NCBI GenBank assembly: GCA_051294375.1
Contig: CM119265.1
Location: forward strand, 23,962,669-24,026,668
Source: Paraspadella gotoi
Taxonomy: Eukaryota > Animalia > Chaetognatha
DNA: 64,000 nt
Reading direction: 5' to 3'
Made by a program: the position numbers and the translations under genes. The number at the start of each line of letters is the position of its first letter. The first letter of the stretch is position 1. The notes under the pieces were generated by a model, which ran no database searches, was not told the DNA's origin, and saw only the letters and a list, made by a program, of their open reading frames with translations. Below, in pieces: positions 38,091-52,320 of the stretch.

Positions 38091-41000
38091 CGACGGCGGC
38101 GACGACCGAAGTTAAAACGCGTTCGTTCATCCGTGAAGGGTTTTTCTCGTTCCTTCCACTGGGCGGGCGAATCTTATCCCAGGCTGAAAGAAAAAAAAAT
38201 CTGGGTCAGAAAAAAGAAAAACCGGGAAATTCGTTCGCTTCTCTCTTCTTCTCATTAACTTCCGGAGGAAACGCCCCCGATTTAAACCTGGAATCGAGAA
38301 TGGAACAAATCGTGAACGGCTGTTAAGTGTCGGGGATTATTTTTTTTTCAACTTTAAGTTATAGGTCACTTTGTATGAGTCGTAAGAACATATGGAAACA
38401 TATTTGTATGCTTAAACATGATTACGGACAATGTCTTTGAACTTATTTCGTTACAATTATTGAATTAAACGATAAACATTACAGAATAAACTTCAATAAA
38501 CTTCTTTACGTTTATATATCATCAAAATTTGGATTGGGAGAATTTCTCTTCGGTGTATCCAATTCGGTAAACCGAAGACAAACGAAGCCTCACGATATTT
38601 CGATTCGAATTCGATATTTCAGTCGCTTTTTCTTTGTACGACTTCTTCCTTCCACAGTGACAGGAGGCCACCATTTCACCTACCGTGACAAGATGCCACC
38701 TTTCTCTACCCCACTTGCTACCCCAACCACCCGCCCTTCTCTCCTTCCACCGTGACAGGCTGCTACCCTTCCTCCACGGGGATGTCAGGCAGTCACTCCA
38801 TCCCTCCCCCAAGAGGGTTCAGCTCGAAACTCGGTTTCTCTTCGTGGGGACTTACTTGGGTGGATTTGACACAAACTAATGGGCCATTTGAAAAAGAGAG
38901 AGAGAGAGAAAGAGATTCAGAATGTGAAAATGCGTCTCTCGAATAACCCATTTGAGAAAAGAAAAAAAAAAGAAAAAAAGTCTCGTATTCCAGATGGAAT
39001 TCAGTCGGGTACGAATTCAGAAATCAATGAAACGTCCGGCCCATACGCGCAATACCCACGGACTCGAGTCCGGCCAATGCGCGCAGAACACACGTACTGT
39101 TACTCTCTCTAACGGTATCGCTGAATATCAAGGGTGAATTGAGCATAACTCAACGAACTTTTCGACACATTATCTAGTGTAGTTAAACCTCAACTTTTCG
39201 ACACTACTGTGCATTTCAACTTTCAAAACAGTTTTCACTCTTTTCACTCTTGCGCATGAGCTCACTCTAACTTTCCCCTCCACAACCTATTCACGTGACC
39301 ACTCACGCTCACACTCTCGCCACGCGCCCTCCCCTTCTCGACGCCCATCGGTCGCCGTCGAATATTTTCCCCTTTTCATTCTTTTATGCGAGATCGATCG
39401 TGGGAGAAGCAGCGTCAACGACGCGTCTCGCGCATGCGCGTAGAGAGAATTACGCGCGCGAGGGAGTAAGAGCCTCGAACGGTTTAACGCCTCTTTTGCG
39501 CGCACTTTTCGCCTGCGCACGTGTTCTGCTCCTACGTGCGCATTTTCGCATTATGGTGCCTTTTCTCTGCCATGTCCCTATTTGAGCCTCGATTAATTAA
39601 TACTTTCCTCTGCCCTACCTTGCCATTATTCCTCGCCCTAACATTTGCATCTAGTGCATCTCCTTTGTCCGTCCGCACATCCCTTTGTCCGTACACAACC
39701 CCCTCGTCCCTTCATCGCGACTCGCACGGTTTGTCCCTCACGACAAAGGGGACAATGGGAAAAGCAAAAAATGCGTTGACCGATTAGCTTTTGTTAGATT
39801 TGAATATTTTTCGCTGCGGTGGGACGGACTATGGTCGTCAGTCTGTCGTTGTTGTCGTTGTTGTTGTCGTTGTTGTCGTCGTCGATTTAAAATTGTTGTT
39901 GTCGTTTTCGTAGAGGAAGTTACTGAACATTGACAATATTAAAAACGCAGAACAACAAACTAAAATTTACTCTGAATTGATTCAACAATTTGGGGATCAA
40001 AAAAGATATTATTAATTTTACGGAAGTCTTCCAAATAAATATGGGCTTGAAATCCATTTATATTTTTAATATAAATAAAAACATGTTGATTTCTCGTCGC
40101 GTGATGATGTGAAACAAGTTTTCGACTCTTCTATCTCACCAAACCGTCAACAAATGACTCACAAATCACGTGATCTTTTTATGAGGCAAAAAGAGTTTTT
40201 ATCGTTGGACGATTCGGGTTTACAACCTCTCTCGTTTAACGTCTTCTTCCTCGTCTCTCTCTCTCTCTCTCTCTCCTCTCCTCCTCTCTCTTCTCTCCGC
40301 GTCTCTCGTCCTCGGTCCGTCATCTCGTCATCTACGTCCACGGTCGTCGTCACTCTTGCCATTACTACGTCGCCGCGCATGGCGATGATTCATACAGGAA
40401 TTCGGACAGTCTAACTTAGTCGCCCGCCGGCGAGCCGGTGCGGTGAGTTTCGGCCGCTTGACGATGCCCAGGCGGGACACGCCAAAAACGAAACGGAGGC
40501 ACGAGGCGCGCCATCGCAGGGGTTTTAATCTGGCCGCGCCGGGGATCCGTGCTAATTTCCGTCTCGGCCTATGCCGGCGTCCGCAAAACTGAAGGGTCAT
40601 TTCCGTTCGCCGGAGCGTTCCCTACTGTTGTCCGGTGCGGAGATGGATACTACAACGAAGTTTCTGTCTTCATCGTCTTCCATCTCGTGCTATCGTTCAC
40701 TCTCTCCTCCTGCTCTCATCATCCTCGGATCGTCTCTCTCTCGATCTCTCTCTCGTCTCATCTGCTCAGTTCTGCTTCTCTCTCTCTCCTCTGGCTCTCT
40801 CGCACACCGTCTCTTGTCCCCCCCTCCACATCGNNNNNNNNNNNNNNNNNNNNNNNNNGGACTTTGCCCTGCAAAGAGGGAGTGTACGAACAAGTCTAAA
40901 GGGGTCAGAGGAAAAAGTTGTGAGTCGTGAGAGTGTCCGAGTTTCGTACGAGTCACGAGTGTCCGCGATGACCGCGCGCGAGGAGAAAAAAAAAACCTTC

Positions 41001-44000
41001 CAAATTCTACCCGCGGGAATAACTTTTTTCCAGAGACGAAAACATTTAATATCCCCATCCCGTCGCGCATCGTTGCTTCTCTTCATATCGTATGAGAGTC
41101 CTTATTGCACTGCACCCCTTTGACACAGTGAAAAGAAACTCACTGACCTGTCAGTGCCATCACAATTTTGCTATTTTGTGAAATGGTTAACGCCGGGCAA
41201 ACAATGTCCAAATTCGACTTTCAGTCAAACAATTTTCAATAATTCATTTCTTTCGAAAGTTACAAACATGATTCTCCACCAACCTTCGCGAATACCTCAC
41301 CACCCAAAAAGTTTAAATCTTTCCCACTCAACTCCCCCCCCNNNNNNNNNNNNNNNNNNNNNNNNNNNNNNNNNNNNNNNNNNNNNNNNNNNNNNNNNNN
41401 NNNNNNNNNNNNNNNNNNNNNNNNNNNNNNNNNNNNNNNNNNNNNNNNNNNNNNNNNNNNNNNNNNNNNNNNNNNNNNNNNNNNNNNNNNNNNNNNNNNN
41501 NNNNTCGTGTGAGGTTAAGGGTAAGTTCTCTCGAACCTCGAGAGAAAAGGTCAGGGGCTGGTTTGTTAGGGCGAGGCGAAAGGATTAGGTTTAAGGCCAG
41601 TTTTCTTTAGATCTAGTTTTGACGAAAGATAAGCTAAGGAAAGAAAGATTACTATACAGTTACGAATTTTGTGGTCAGCAACCGACAAGACAGAGAGGGA
41701 GAAGAATAGGGACATACAGTCAGACAGATAGACAGACAGACAGAGATAAAAACGCCTCACAGCTCAGATACGTCAGGCTCCTCATAAGTTTTGCACCTAC
41801 GGCGCATGCGCGTAAAACACATGCTCGTACGGAATGCACGTGCAAAGCCTGAAGACGAAAAACCGGGGAAAAAAAAAAAAAGAAGGAGAGAGAAGACTGG
41901 AGAGATCTTAATTCTCGCGATAATAGGTAATGCGTGAGAGTGATGCCTTATCACGTAGGAATCGATGGCAGACAGCGAGCGAGAAAGATGGAGAGAGAGA
42001 GAAGAAGAAAGAGCAAGAGAAAATTCATCTCTTGCGTCTCCTCGTGCGCGCGTGCCTGAAGCGAGACGTGTCGAAGCCGCCTCGTCCGTTCCAGCGGTGC
42101 GTGCGTCGAGCGCGCGGTGCGCGGTCCGATCTGGTGCGCTCCGTCCGCTCAGCTCTCGATGGTGCACGTCTTTGTAATTTAAGGCTCATTCCCCACGGGC
42201 AATCCTCATAACCAAGGTGGTGCGTAGGAGAGGCAAAGAGTGGCGATGATATATATCCACTCTGATGTTCTACGGACCACACAGTCTATTTGGTTTTGCG
42301 GAAGGTACGTAGAGAGATAAAGATTAAATATGGACTGAAGAGAAGAAGTTGAATGTACACGGAAGAGAGAGTGGAAGAGTAATAAGAATGTGGATTTGTA
42401 TGTTATGAATTAGAAATAAGCAGAATGTAGGAACGAGAGTAGAAGAGTATGGGATGTAATGGAGGCGGAGAGGAGAGAGGTTGAACTTAGAATTGAACCG
42501 GGTTCGCAGAGCATTAATAGGAAAGTGATGAATAAGGGACTAGAGTAAAAAATAAATCCATACTTACTAATAATATTGCGCACGAGATAACACTAATTAT
42601 TTTATGGGGGCTTGACATAGACTCGAACGTTAAGCACGAGAAGACAGGGAGCCTAGAGGCATTCATCTGAAGAACCCAATTTGAGTGCGCGTGCGCGAGG
42701 AGTCCGCTCTTAATTCATAAATTTCTCATTAGAGGTTAATCGTACTCAGATACTTAATGCACCATTCACACACTATATTCTTGATTAAAAACGAAATAGA
42801 AAGAAAGAAAAATTAAAGAAGTCTCGCTTAAGGTTCTCTTTTTGTTTTCGGAGAGGTAGGAGATAAAGTTTGTTGTAGTTTATGATTGNNNNNNNNNNNN
42901 NNNNNNNNNNNNNTTTCATTATACTTTATAGATGTTGAGTATTTCGTCATTTGTAAGTCCTCGTTATTGATATATACGTATTTTTAAACTGTTTATTTTT
43001 ATACATATGAGGTTGGTTGTTATTTACCTTCTCAGCAAGTTCAAAATTCATAATGAAACAAAAGTACTTGTATTATTTGTAAAGTAAAAAGAATGTGACG
43101 TCGCGAGGCTCAGTCTAGTAACTATTTATTTGGGTCAAAACGAATTCGTCCACATTAGATTATGATTTTTAAAAATAACTTTGTAAGATTGAGGGAAAAT
43201 TAAGACGATGCCGACACTGGGGCCGTCAGGTTTCGAGACTGCTGCCGGTGCAAAACCGAGGTGAATGCCGACACAGACATCGGCGTATTCTATTGACCGC
43301 GCCGCCGCCGCTTCCGTCGCAGCCGCTTCCGCTTCCGCCGCCGCCGCCTCTGCCGCCTCTGCCGCCGCCGCCGCCGCCGCCGCCGTCTCGACCCGTTGAC
43401 CACAGGACGAAACCGTGAGCCTTAATTTTCCGCTCGACTTGATTTTTGTCGCAGATGCAAAAAGGGCTAAGCGGGGTGGAGAAGGGGGGGTTGTGATGGA
43501 ATCGGTTGAGGGGTGTTGAATGTCTTGGAGTGACGGGATGCGTTGGTTGGATCAAGAAAGGCGGATTTTGAGAGTCGGGAGGAAGGGGACTGGACAGTGG
43601 GAGTGGACTTTTTATACAATTGAAACATTCTTTGAAATATTATACCAATTTATCGATAGGGAAGCCAGGTACTCTGGGAGTGAACAAACGAGACTGTGAG
43701 AGAGGTTTGATTGAAAGCTTGCAGGGTTCGGTAATGTTATTATCTTGTAAGAAGGATCGAGGCCTTAAACCAGAGTCTGTCCAGTCATGAGAAATTGAAT
43801 CCAATATCAAGCATCAATTATTCTGATTTTCTAAATCGAAGGGCGAAGAAAAGTTAGCGGTGATCACAGAGAAAGAGGAATGACTAATTGACTATTTGAG
43901 AATAAAGAGTGAGAGAGGAAAATTGAGAAAATCTAATTTTTTGAAAAATGAGGCTAAGGGATCAGAATTAGGGTGAAGGGTGAGAAAAGCAACAGGGAAG

Positions 44001-45884
44001 TGAAAGAGGAGCTCAAGAGCAAAGAGAGAGGAGATACAGATGAGTATAAGAAGAGAAAAAGAGAAGAGAAGGAGCGAAAGATAAGTGAAAGAGAAGAGTA
44101 ACGGGAGTTGAGTGAAAGAAAAGCTAAGGAGGTCGGAAGGGACGTAAACTGCTTCCGATTCAAGATTAATTCCATTTACAATTCGGATCGGATTCGGTTC
44201 CTTAGCAACGAAGAACGCGAGAGAGATTCCGTTACAATTAGACTGGAAGACGAAACCAGTCGAAGCCCGTCGATGAAGAGAGAGGGTAGGGGAAGATCCT
44301 TATCTCCTTTTAATTTGGGTAAGGAAGTCTTTGGAAGTTTGGTCAGGTCGCATTTGAGAATCAGCTGTTTGGTCAGCCCGAATTTTGGTTCCATGGAAAT
44401 GTCCTGAATACTGAATAGTCTATTTTACGCTGCTTGACCGTAGCTGCAATGTCTGTCTCTCTGCATGTCTGTCTGTCTGTCTATCTGTCTGTCTTTCTGT
44501 CCTGGTCTGTATATATACTAATTAGGAGGACACGACCATACAAAAGAAATGCTTAATGCTACGAGGCCGTGAAGTCTTTTCGGGCAGCTGGATTTGTCTG
44601 AGTTGTTCTTCTTTCTAACGAACCTTCGCGCGCTGTCGCCTCAAGATCGGTTGCGTCAGTTGCATAAGCGTATAATACGTATGGACGTATTACGAATGGA
44701 TGTATTACAATGGGCTTTTTTAACCTACACGTTGTCATCATAAATGGCGGTTGATGAACAAAGAATCAAAAAGAAACTAATAGATTAACTGCCATTTTTT
44801 TTCATAGTAAGATTTGTGCACAAAAAAAAAGCATCTGCATAAGATCACCAAATTTGCCAGCAAAGGGGCGTCTCATGGTGTCGGAGACCTCGGAAAATGG
44901 GGCGTGTGCCTTCCGGCGCGAGAGGTCGCACGATCGAATTCGCCGGAAGAGGCGCGGCGAGACGCGGCGTAGACGGCGAAGCATAATAATATCGTTCATT
45001 TTAGTCTGAGTCTAGTAAGCATGAAGAGAGATGGGGAAATAGAGATGGAAATTGAGAGAGTGCAGATGAATGAAATGGAGGGAAAAAGAAGGGAGGAGGG
45101 GTAGGAGGATGGGGAGTGTAGGGTGGGAAGATCGAGGGGAGAGGGGAGTGGGGGAGTGAGGGGTGAAGGAGGAGAGGGATCGAGAGAAAGATAGGAATGG
45201 GAAGGGGAAGCGGAAAAGGGAGAAAATAAAGAGAAAATAAAGGTGAGAAAGGAAACTAGTATGATAAGAAGAAGATAAGAAAAAACAATAGAAAAAAGAA
45301 AGAGGCGAAATGGAAATGAAAAAACATTTTTTCTTCTCCTTCCGAGAGCTCGACGACTGTTGGAGACTTAATGCGGAAAGAAAGAAAGAAGGAGAGAGAG
45401 AGAGAAAAGAAGAGAGAGAGGAGAGAGAGAGAGAGACGAGAGCACCCGGCAGAGAGCACAGCAGACGCAGAACGAGAGAGAGCGAGAGAGGCGAGAGAGA
45501 AGAGAGATAAGAGCACGAGAGAGAGGAGCAGCGAGATAAACGCAAAAGAAGAAAAAAATCGACAGAGAAGAATCGAGAAAAAGAACAAAAAACCGAAAGT
45601 GAGAAAAAAGCGAGAAAAAAAGAATGAAATATAAAAAATATAGGAAAAAAGCGAGAAAAAAAATAGACATAAAAGCGAGAATAAAGCAAAAAAAAAAGAG
45701 AAAAGCAAATAAAGCAAAAAAAGCGAGAAACGATGTTTGTTTCATGAGCGGAGATGCTTTTCCGCGCCAGAAAATTAAAAATTATTCTCGCCATAAACCG
45801 CACGGAGAAAGAAAGAAAAGACTTCGACTTCGACTCGCAAATCGCTCGGTTTTCCTTCTTCCGACTGCAATAGGTTGCGGCGAT

Positions 45885-46445
45885 CGAGAGTTGCCAGCAT
45901 CTGTAGGGCGGACATTTATAAGAAGTCGCCGTGAGTGGCAGTTGCAGGTCTTGCATCTCAGCAAGGGGTGACTCTTGCGGGATGTGCGGTCTGGAGGACG
46001 ACCCCAGGGCTATTGTCAAAGTGTTTTTTGTTGAAAGGACAAATGAACTAAAATATATAAAACCGCGGAATTATTCTTAATGTGGAAAATACGAGCGTAT
46101 GTTAAGGAAATGTAAATAAATTTTATATTTGAGCTTACAACCAACATGAAGTGTTCTGGAAGAGCCAACTGCAGTTGCTTTTTCCGGAAATCCTTCAGAC
46201 AAAAATCAGAATCTTTTTCACGTACGAATTTAAAGCGGAAAGAAAAGAGGAATTCAATCTTCAATTCTGTTTGACGAAGAGAGAGCCAGCACGAGACGGA
46301 GAGCAGAAAGAGAGAGAGAGAGAGAAATGAGAAGAGAGAGAGAGAGAGAAGAGAGAGAGCAGAGAGAGAGAGAGAGAGAGAGCGCCTAACAGCATTTAAG
46401 CGAAAGTCATAAAAAAGATATTATCGCAGCTACGCTTCGCTATTA
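45885..46445 (+). repeat. Segment directly repeated at ~50777-51430
   Basis: Shared agttgcc-gcatc..gggcggacatttataagaagtcgc..acaaccaacatgaagtgttctggaaga..gcgaaagtcataaaa; the second copy starts right after a 25-N gap. Confidence 0.85.
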
Positions 46446-48479
46446 CCACGAAGAAGAGCCCTATTCATCTTAGATCTTTCAGCATGCTGCGCGTAACGAT
46501 ATATCGATCGTACTCTTTATTATCTCTCGGTTTCATTAGATCGCCCTAGAATAGAGACGAGAGAAAACTGATGAGAGAGTAGATGAGGAGGAGCAAAAAA
46601 GGACACGCAGACAAAAAGAGAGAAACATTGAAGAGTAGATGATAACTTGAGTGAGGCGAATTGAAGCTAGATTGTCCACGGAGAACAGACCATCAAAAAA
46701 AAATAACACATAGAGATAATACAAAGCTAACAAAAAAACTAATAAGGTTTGGCCAATTTGGATACTTGGATAATCTCTCATTCACAAATGTTTTTAAAGG
46801 GAACTGATTATCTATTAAACCATTTCCCCAATGACTATATGGCCAAAGGTATGTTCATACGTAACTCAAAATGCGGATTCTAAGAATATCGTAATCATTA
46901 GATAGAGAAATCGAATTTTTATTCTAGCGAACAACCACGGAAGTCACAAAAGCCTAGATAAGAACTTGAGGTTAATTCCCCCGTTCAGTTTGCGGCTCAC
47001 TATTCAGGGTAGCGGATAGACCCACGGTGGAGTTGAAGTACAGGAGATAAACGTCTCAAGGATAGGCTAGACGAGGGCATCTCGGAAATGTGTGTTCAGT
47101 TTAGATTCGCACAATTTCCATCCTCAACTGATTTCGGGGGGTAAAAAAAGGTCATCGAGGGCCTCGGACTCTTAAGCTTCTGCCTTTAACCATCTCATGA
47201 TTAGACACGAATCTTATAATAGGCGCAGGTATTCACATTAATTTCACACTTAAACACTCCAGATATTGAAGAATTGCAGGAAAATCATGTGATCCGACAA
47301 GTTGTAGAGTAGAATTTCAGGGGTTACAGCGAGGCCATGCGAATACTCAAATCTCTCCGGTTTTCTGATTCGAATTCTACGTACCATCCGAATTCGACTA
47401 TGTACGTTGTGACCTCGAAGGTCGCTTGAATTAGACATTCTTAAGGCATATGGGAGGCCTGGGATAGAATGAGGAGGAGTGGGCGGAGGAGGACAGAGAA
47501 GAGTGACAGACCGGACTTGATCCGACGTACGTGACGATAACTTTGCGATCGATGTATCAGAGTTAACTACTCAAAACTAGAAAAGACGTCATACAGTACT
47601 GAGGGAGAAAGATATATCATGACGTGATCAGATTAGATCTAAAATGGAGGTGATGAAAAATAGGGAGAAGAAGTAGAGAGTAGATGGCTAGAAGAGGAGA
47701 GAGAGAGAAACAAAAAATTGGAGGATAGTAATGATGATAAGATATAAATAAATGCTGAAACAACAGAAAGATTGTAAATTTAATTAAGCCCCAACAAACA
47801 CACATTAAAATTAATGTTATAAGAGAGGAAAGAGAAAGAGAAATGTGTTGAATATATATGAAAAGCCGAAAGATTAAATTTCAAAAATAATATCGCAAGA
47901 AAAAGTAAGAAAAAGACAGTGGGCACAGAGAAACGAAGAAAAAGAAAAGCCAAGAAAAAAGAGGAGGGAAAAATAATTAAATAACAATGAACGGTAATGT
48001 CCCATTGTGTTGCGACCCACAGTATGACTCTTAATTTTCACGTGTATTTCTCTTTTAATAACACAATGGAGTTATATTGTACAGACATGTAACGACGTGT
48101 ATTGATGAGGCAGACACTGCATCAAAACTAGTGGCTCTTTTATTCCTTATAGTTTTAGTGAATTCCTTGTAAATGGATTAAGAGCGCCCCTACGCGAAAG
48201 TACCTTAATAAGTTTTTATGAAGATTTTCTGTTTGTTCTGTCTTATACATTGGAGAGGCCGAAGGTAACCACTAACGCACAAAATTATTAATATGTTTGA
48301 GTTTTCAAGGGATAAGTTCGGATAGAATCGGAAACTAGATTGACATCAATTATCTTGACCGTGACCGAACAGAGTGAACCCGGAGAAAAGTTGATTTTAT
48401 ATAAGTCGCGCTTGTCCGAGCGCAGTGCATCGCGGCGCTCAACTATATAAAGAGGTGCCGCCGGGATTAACTAACTTGA

Positions 48480-49110
48480 GATAAATACGTGTCGCTATGG
48501 TAATGAAGAAAAGGTAGAAGAGACTATAAAGACTATCTCATGACCCCTTTGTTTGGGCATTTGCTGGAGAGGGATGGAAAAGGCAACGACCGGGTCCGCT
48601 GAAGAGGCGGACATGGATATTTGTGGGGAAGGAAGGAAATTAACCGGTCTCGGGAAAGAAAATTATGGACGTATCAATTTTTTGGGGGTAACCGAGTCAG
48701 GCAATTGGTGATTAGGGGTGAAGAAAGAGGGAACGAGAGAGAGAAGAGAGCGAGGAGAGAGAGAAGAGAAGAGAGGAGAAGAGAGAAGAGAGAGAGAGAA
48801 GAGAGAGAGAGTAGAGATGAGAGAGAGGGAGAGAGAGAGAGAGAAAGAGAGAGAGAGGCTGCCCATTTATTAATAGTCGACGCGTCCAGTTTATTGATTT
48901 CCGTCTTTTTAAATCCGAACATCGATTGTGGGTCTCGGGATTTTTCATTTTTCGATTTATTCATCATTTTTCTTTTTCCTATTTTTTCTTTTTACATTTG
49001 GGGTGGGTTTTTCATATTGTTTTCGTTGTTTTCCTTTCGATGTTTATATTTAATGTGAATTTGGTGTTTTCGTACCTAATTATTGCGGAGGCCCAGACGC
49101 ACAACTTATG
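48480..49110 (+). repeat. Segment repeated in inverted orientation at ~57590-58260
   Basis: ccgtctttttaaatccgaacatcgatt vs aatcgatgttcggattaaaaagacgg; ccgctgaagaggc vs gcctcttcagcgg; tttcgttgttttcctttcgatgttta vs taaacatcgaaaggaaaacaacgaaa. Confidence 0.8.
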
Positions 49111-52100
49111 GATATCGTCATCAGATCATGATTCTGATACTAATCTCTAACATTGTCACCCTTGACCTTTACATTCATGTCACTGGGGAGGGGGATCCAA
49201 TTGTGATATAATCTTTTTCTTCACATTCAGATCTTTCTTTATCCTTGTCAACCTTTCACTTCTCATGAATCCGCATGGGCCAGATTATTAATCGTTTATC
49301 ACAATTGTAAGACTGACATCACACTGAATGTCTCGTCTCTCGAACGATCTTATCTTGTTTATGAGAGTGGTCGACATTTAGTCCGAAGTTGAATTCCAGT
49401 ATAGTTTCGCCTAGCATACATTCGCTGGTCACTTGCGAAGCGCACACGAGAGGCTACATCAACCGCGTAAGAGATCAGTGACGCCAATTCCTTCGGCATT
49501 AACTTCTGTGGCTCAAAATCTTTTGTCCTATGTTTTACTTGTGTATTTTTTGGCGACTTAGGAGGGGGGACTTGCCTGCCCAGCGTAGGGGTAGAGACCG
49601 AATATATCCGTTTTCCGCTTGACAGGAGCGGGGGCCAGGACAGGATTTCCTTTTCCGCGGCGTTACGCTCCCATGTGGGATCTTCCCTGGCCACTGGTAC
49701 TATTATTTAGCCGTTCCACTGCATTCCTCCCCTCTCCTACCGGCGGAGTCCTGCGCTCGACACAGATGTCCTGAGGACGGACCGGTCCCAATGCGACCGA
49801 GGAGCACGGGTGAGGGACCGCCACTGCTAACGGCCTCTCTCTGAACCATCTACCTAGGCCGAGACCGGATACTATACCATCGGAGTTGTACCGGGGGGGG
49901 AGGCCCGGGGTGCTTTGGTCCGAGGAAGGAATTTTTTTCTGTTGTCACGGCGCGGGACCGCATTAGTGTGACGGGGGATGAGGATACCAGATGACGTTTT
50001 ATTCCGGAGTTGATCCGAAGATGATCGAGCATCACGCTGGGAGTTTACCGTGGCCACGAAGCGAGGGTGAGGCAGGGATGGGGGGCCGGGGAGGCGGGGG
50101 GTGGGTCGATCGAGAATCGTCTTGGATCCGGCGGAGGGGTGCTGTCCTCGTCGTCAGGCCGGTTAGGGGGCAGGGGGGGAAGGCTGGGCGGTAGTTGCAA
50201 TTGTGCGAGTGGGCGGCGGGGACTGGGATCATGGGGGTGCTGAGGGTCCATGCGGCGAGGACGAGAATTTCTAGGATGTGTCTCACTTCCAGATGCGTGC
50301 GCTGTGGATGGAGGGAGCGCGAGGCTTTTGCATGCGTGAGTGGGGGGACCGGTCGGTCGCACCAAGAGTTGATGCCCGCGATGGGGGGACATTGCAATAT
50401 GGGCCTGGGTGGTTGCTGAGGAGAGGAGGGGATGTGCTGCTGAGTTCACAGATGATGGGGTACACGAGCGATTTGCGGGATGTGACGAGCGTGCAAGGGA
50501 GGGGGATGGCATCATCGAGTGGGGAGGAGTGAGCGGAGCGAGGTAGCAGGATCGAAGGGAGAGTAAGAGAGGAGGGCGGCCAGTATGAGATCATGTAATA
50601 ATCGCTGGAGTGTTTTAATAGACGTTTAAGTTATCAAGAGTTTTTTTTAATTCATGATATTGATTTCTTTTTTTTTTATAAAGTAGTGCTATGTATTCTT
50701 TATCTTGTTCACAGATAATGAGGCTACTTAAGAGGACGAAAGTTATAAATTNNNNNNNNNNNNNNNNNNNNNNNNNCAAGTTGCGGCAAGTTGCCGCATC
50801 TTGAGGGCGGACATTTATAAGAAGTCGCGCGTGCGCGGCGAGTTGCAAGTTGCATCTCGCAGCGAGGGGGATGTGTGCGCTGGAGGACGACCCAGTTTGT
50901 GCAAGAGTGTTTTTTGTTTGTAAAAAATGACGTAAAATATAATAAAACGGAATTATTACGTTAAATGTGAACAATACGTGGCGTAGTTAAGAAATGAAAA
51001 TAATTTTTATATTTTGAGCTACAACCAACATGAAGTGTTCTGGAAGAAGCCAACTGCAGTTGCTTTTTTCCGGAAATTTCAGACAAAATCAGAATCTTTT
51101 TCACGTACGAATTTAAGGGAAAGAAAAGAGGAATTCAATTCAATTCTGTTTTGACGAGAGAGAGAGNNNNNNNNNNNNNNNNNNNNNNNNNNNNNNNNNN
51201 NNNNNNNNNNNNNNNNNNNNNNNNNNNNNNNNNNNNNNNNNNNNNNNNNNNNNNNNNNNNNNNNNNNNNNNNNNNNNNNNNNNNNNNNNNNNNNNNNNNN
51301 NNNNNNNNNNNNNNNNNNNNNNNNNNNNNNNNNNNNNNNNNNNNNNNNNNNNNNNNNNNNNNNNNNNNNNNNNNTTTAGCGAAAGTCATAAAAAGATATT
51401 ATCGCAGCTACGCTTCGCTATTTACGGCTTATTATCTACTCGCTTACTATTTTTCTCTCTTTTTATCTCGTTCTTGTCTCCTTTACAAAACTTTTGCCAA
51501 AAAGACCACCGACATTTTATATTAACTTATGTGCTATTACTTTTTTCGACAAAAAAAATAAACAAAAAAAANNNNNNNNNNNNNNNNNNNNNNNNNNNNN
51601 NNNNNNNNNNNNNNNNNNNNNNNNNNNNNNNNNNNNNNNNNNNNNNNNNNNNNNNNNNNNNNNNNNNNNNNNNNNNNNNNNNNNNNNNNNNNNNNNNNNN
51701 NNNNNNNNNNNNNNNNNNNNNNNNNNNNNNNNNNNNNNNNNNNNNNNNNNNNNNNNNNNNNNNNNNNNNNNNNNNNNNNNNNNNNNNNNNNNNNNNNNNN
51801 NNNNNNNNNNNNNNNNNNNNNNNNNNNNNNNNNNNNNNNNNNNNNNNNNNNNNNNNNNNNNNNNNNNNNNNNNNNNNNNNNNNNNNNNNNNNNNNNNNNN
51901 NNNNNNNNNNNNNNNNNNNNNNNNNNNNNNNNNNNNNNNNNNNNNNNNNNNNNNNNNNNNNNNNNNNNNNNNNNNNNNNNNNNNNNNNNNNNNNNNNNNN
52001 NNNNNNNNNNNNNNNNNNNNNNNNNNNNNNNNNNNNNNNNNNNNNNNNNNNNNNNNNNNNNNNNNNNNNNNNNNNNNNNNNNNNNNNNNNNNNNNNNNNN

Positions 52101-52320
52101 NNNNNNNNNNNNNNNNNNNNNNNNNNNNNNNNNNNNNNNNNNNNNNNNNNNNNNNNNNNNNNNNNNNNNNNNNNNNNNNNNNNNNNNNNNNNNNNNNNNN
52201 NNNNNNNNNNNNNNNNNNNNNNNNNNNNNNNNNNNNNNNNNNNNNNNNNNNNNNNNNNNNNNNNNNNNNNNNNNNNNNNNNNNNNNNNNNNNNNNNNNNN
52301 NNNNNNNNNNNNNNNNNNNN

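Noticed and set aside
49850-49900. gccgagaccggata faintly resembling LSU rRNA
   Set aside because: No flanking conserved rRNA sequence.
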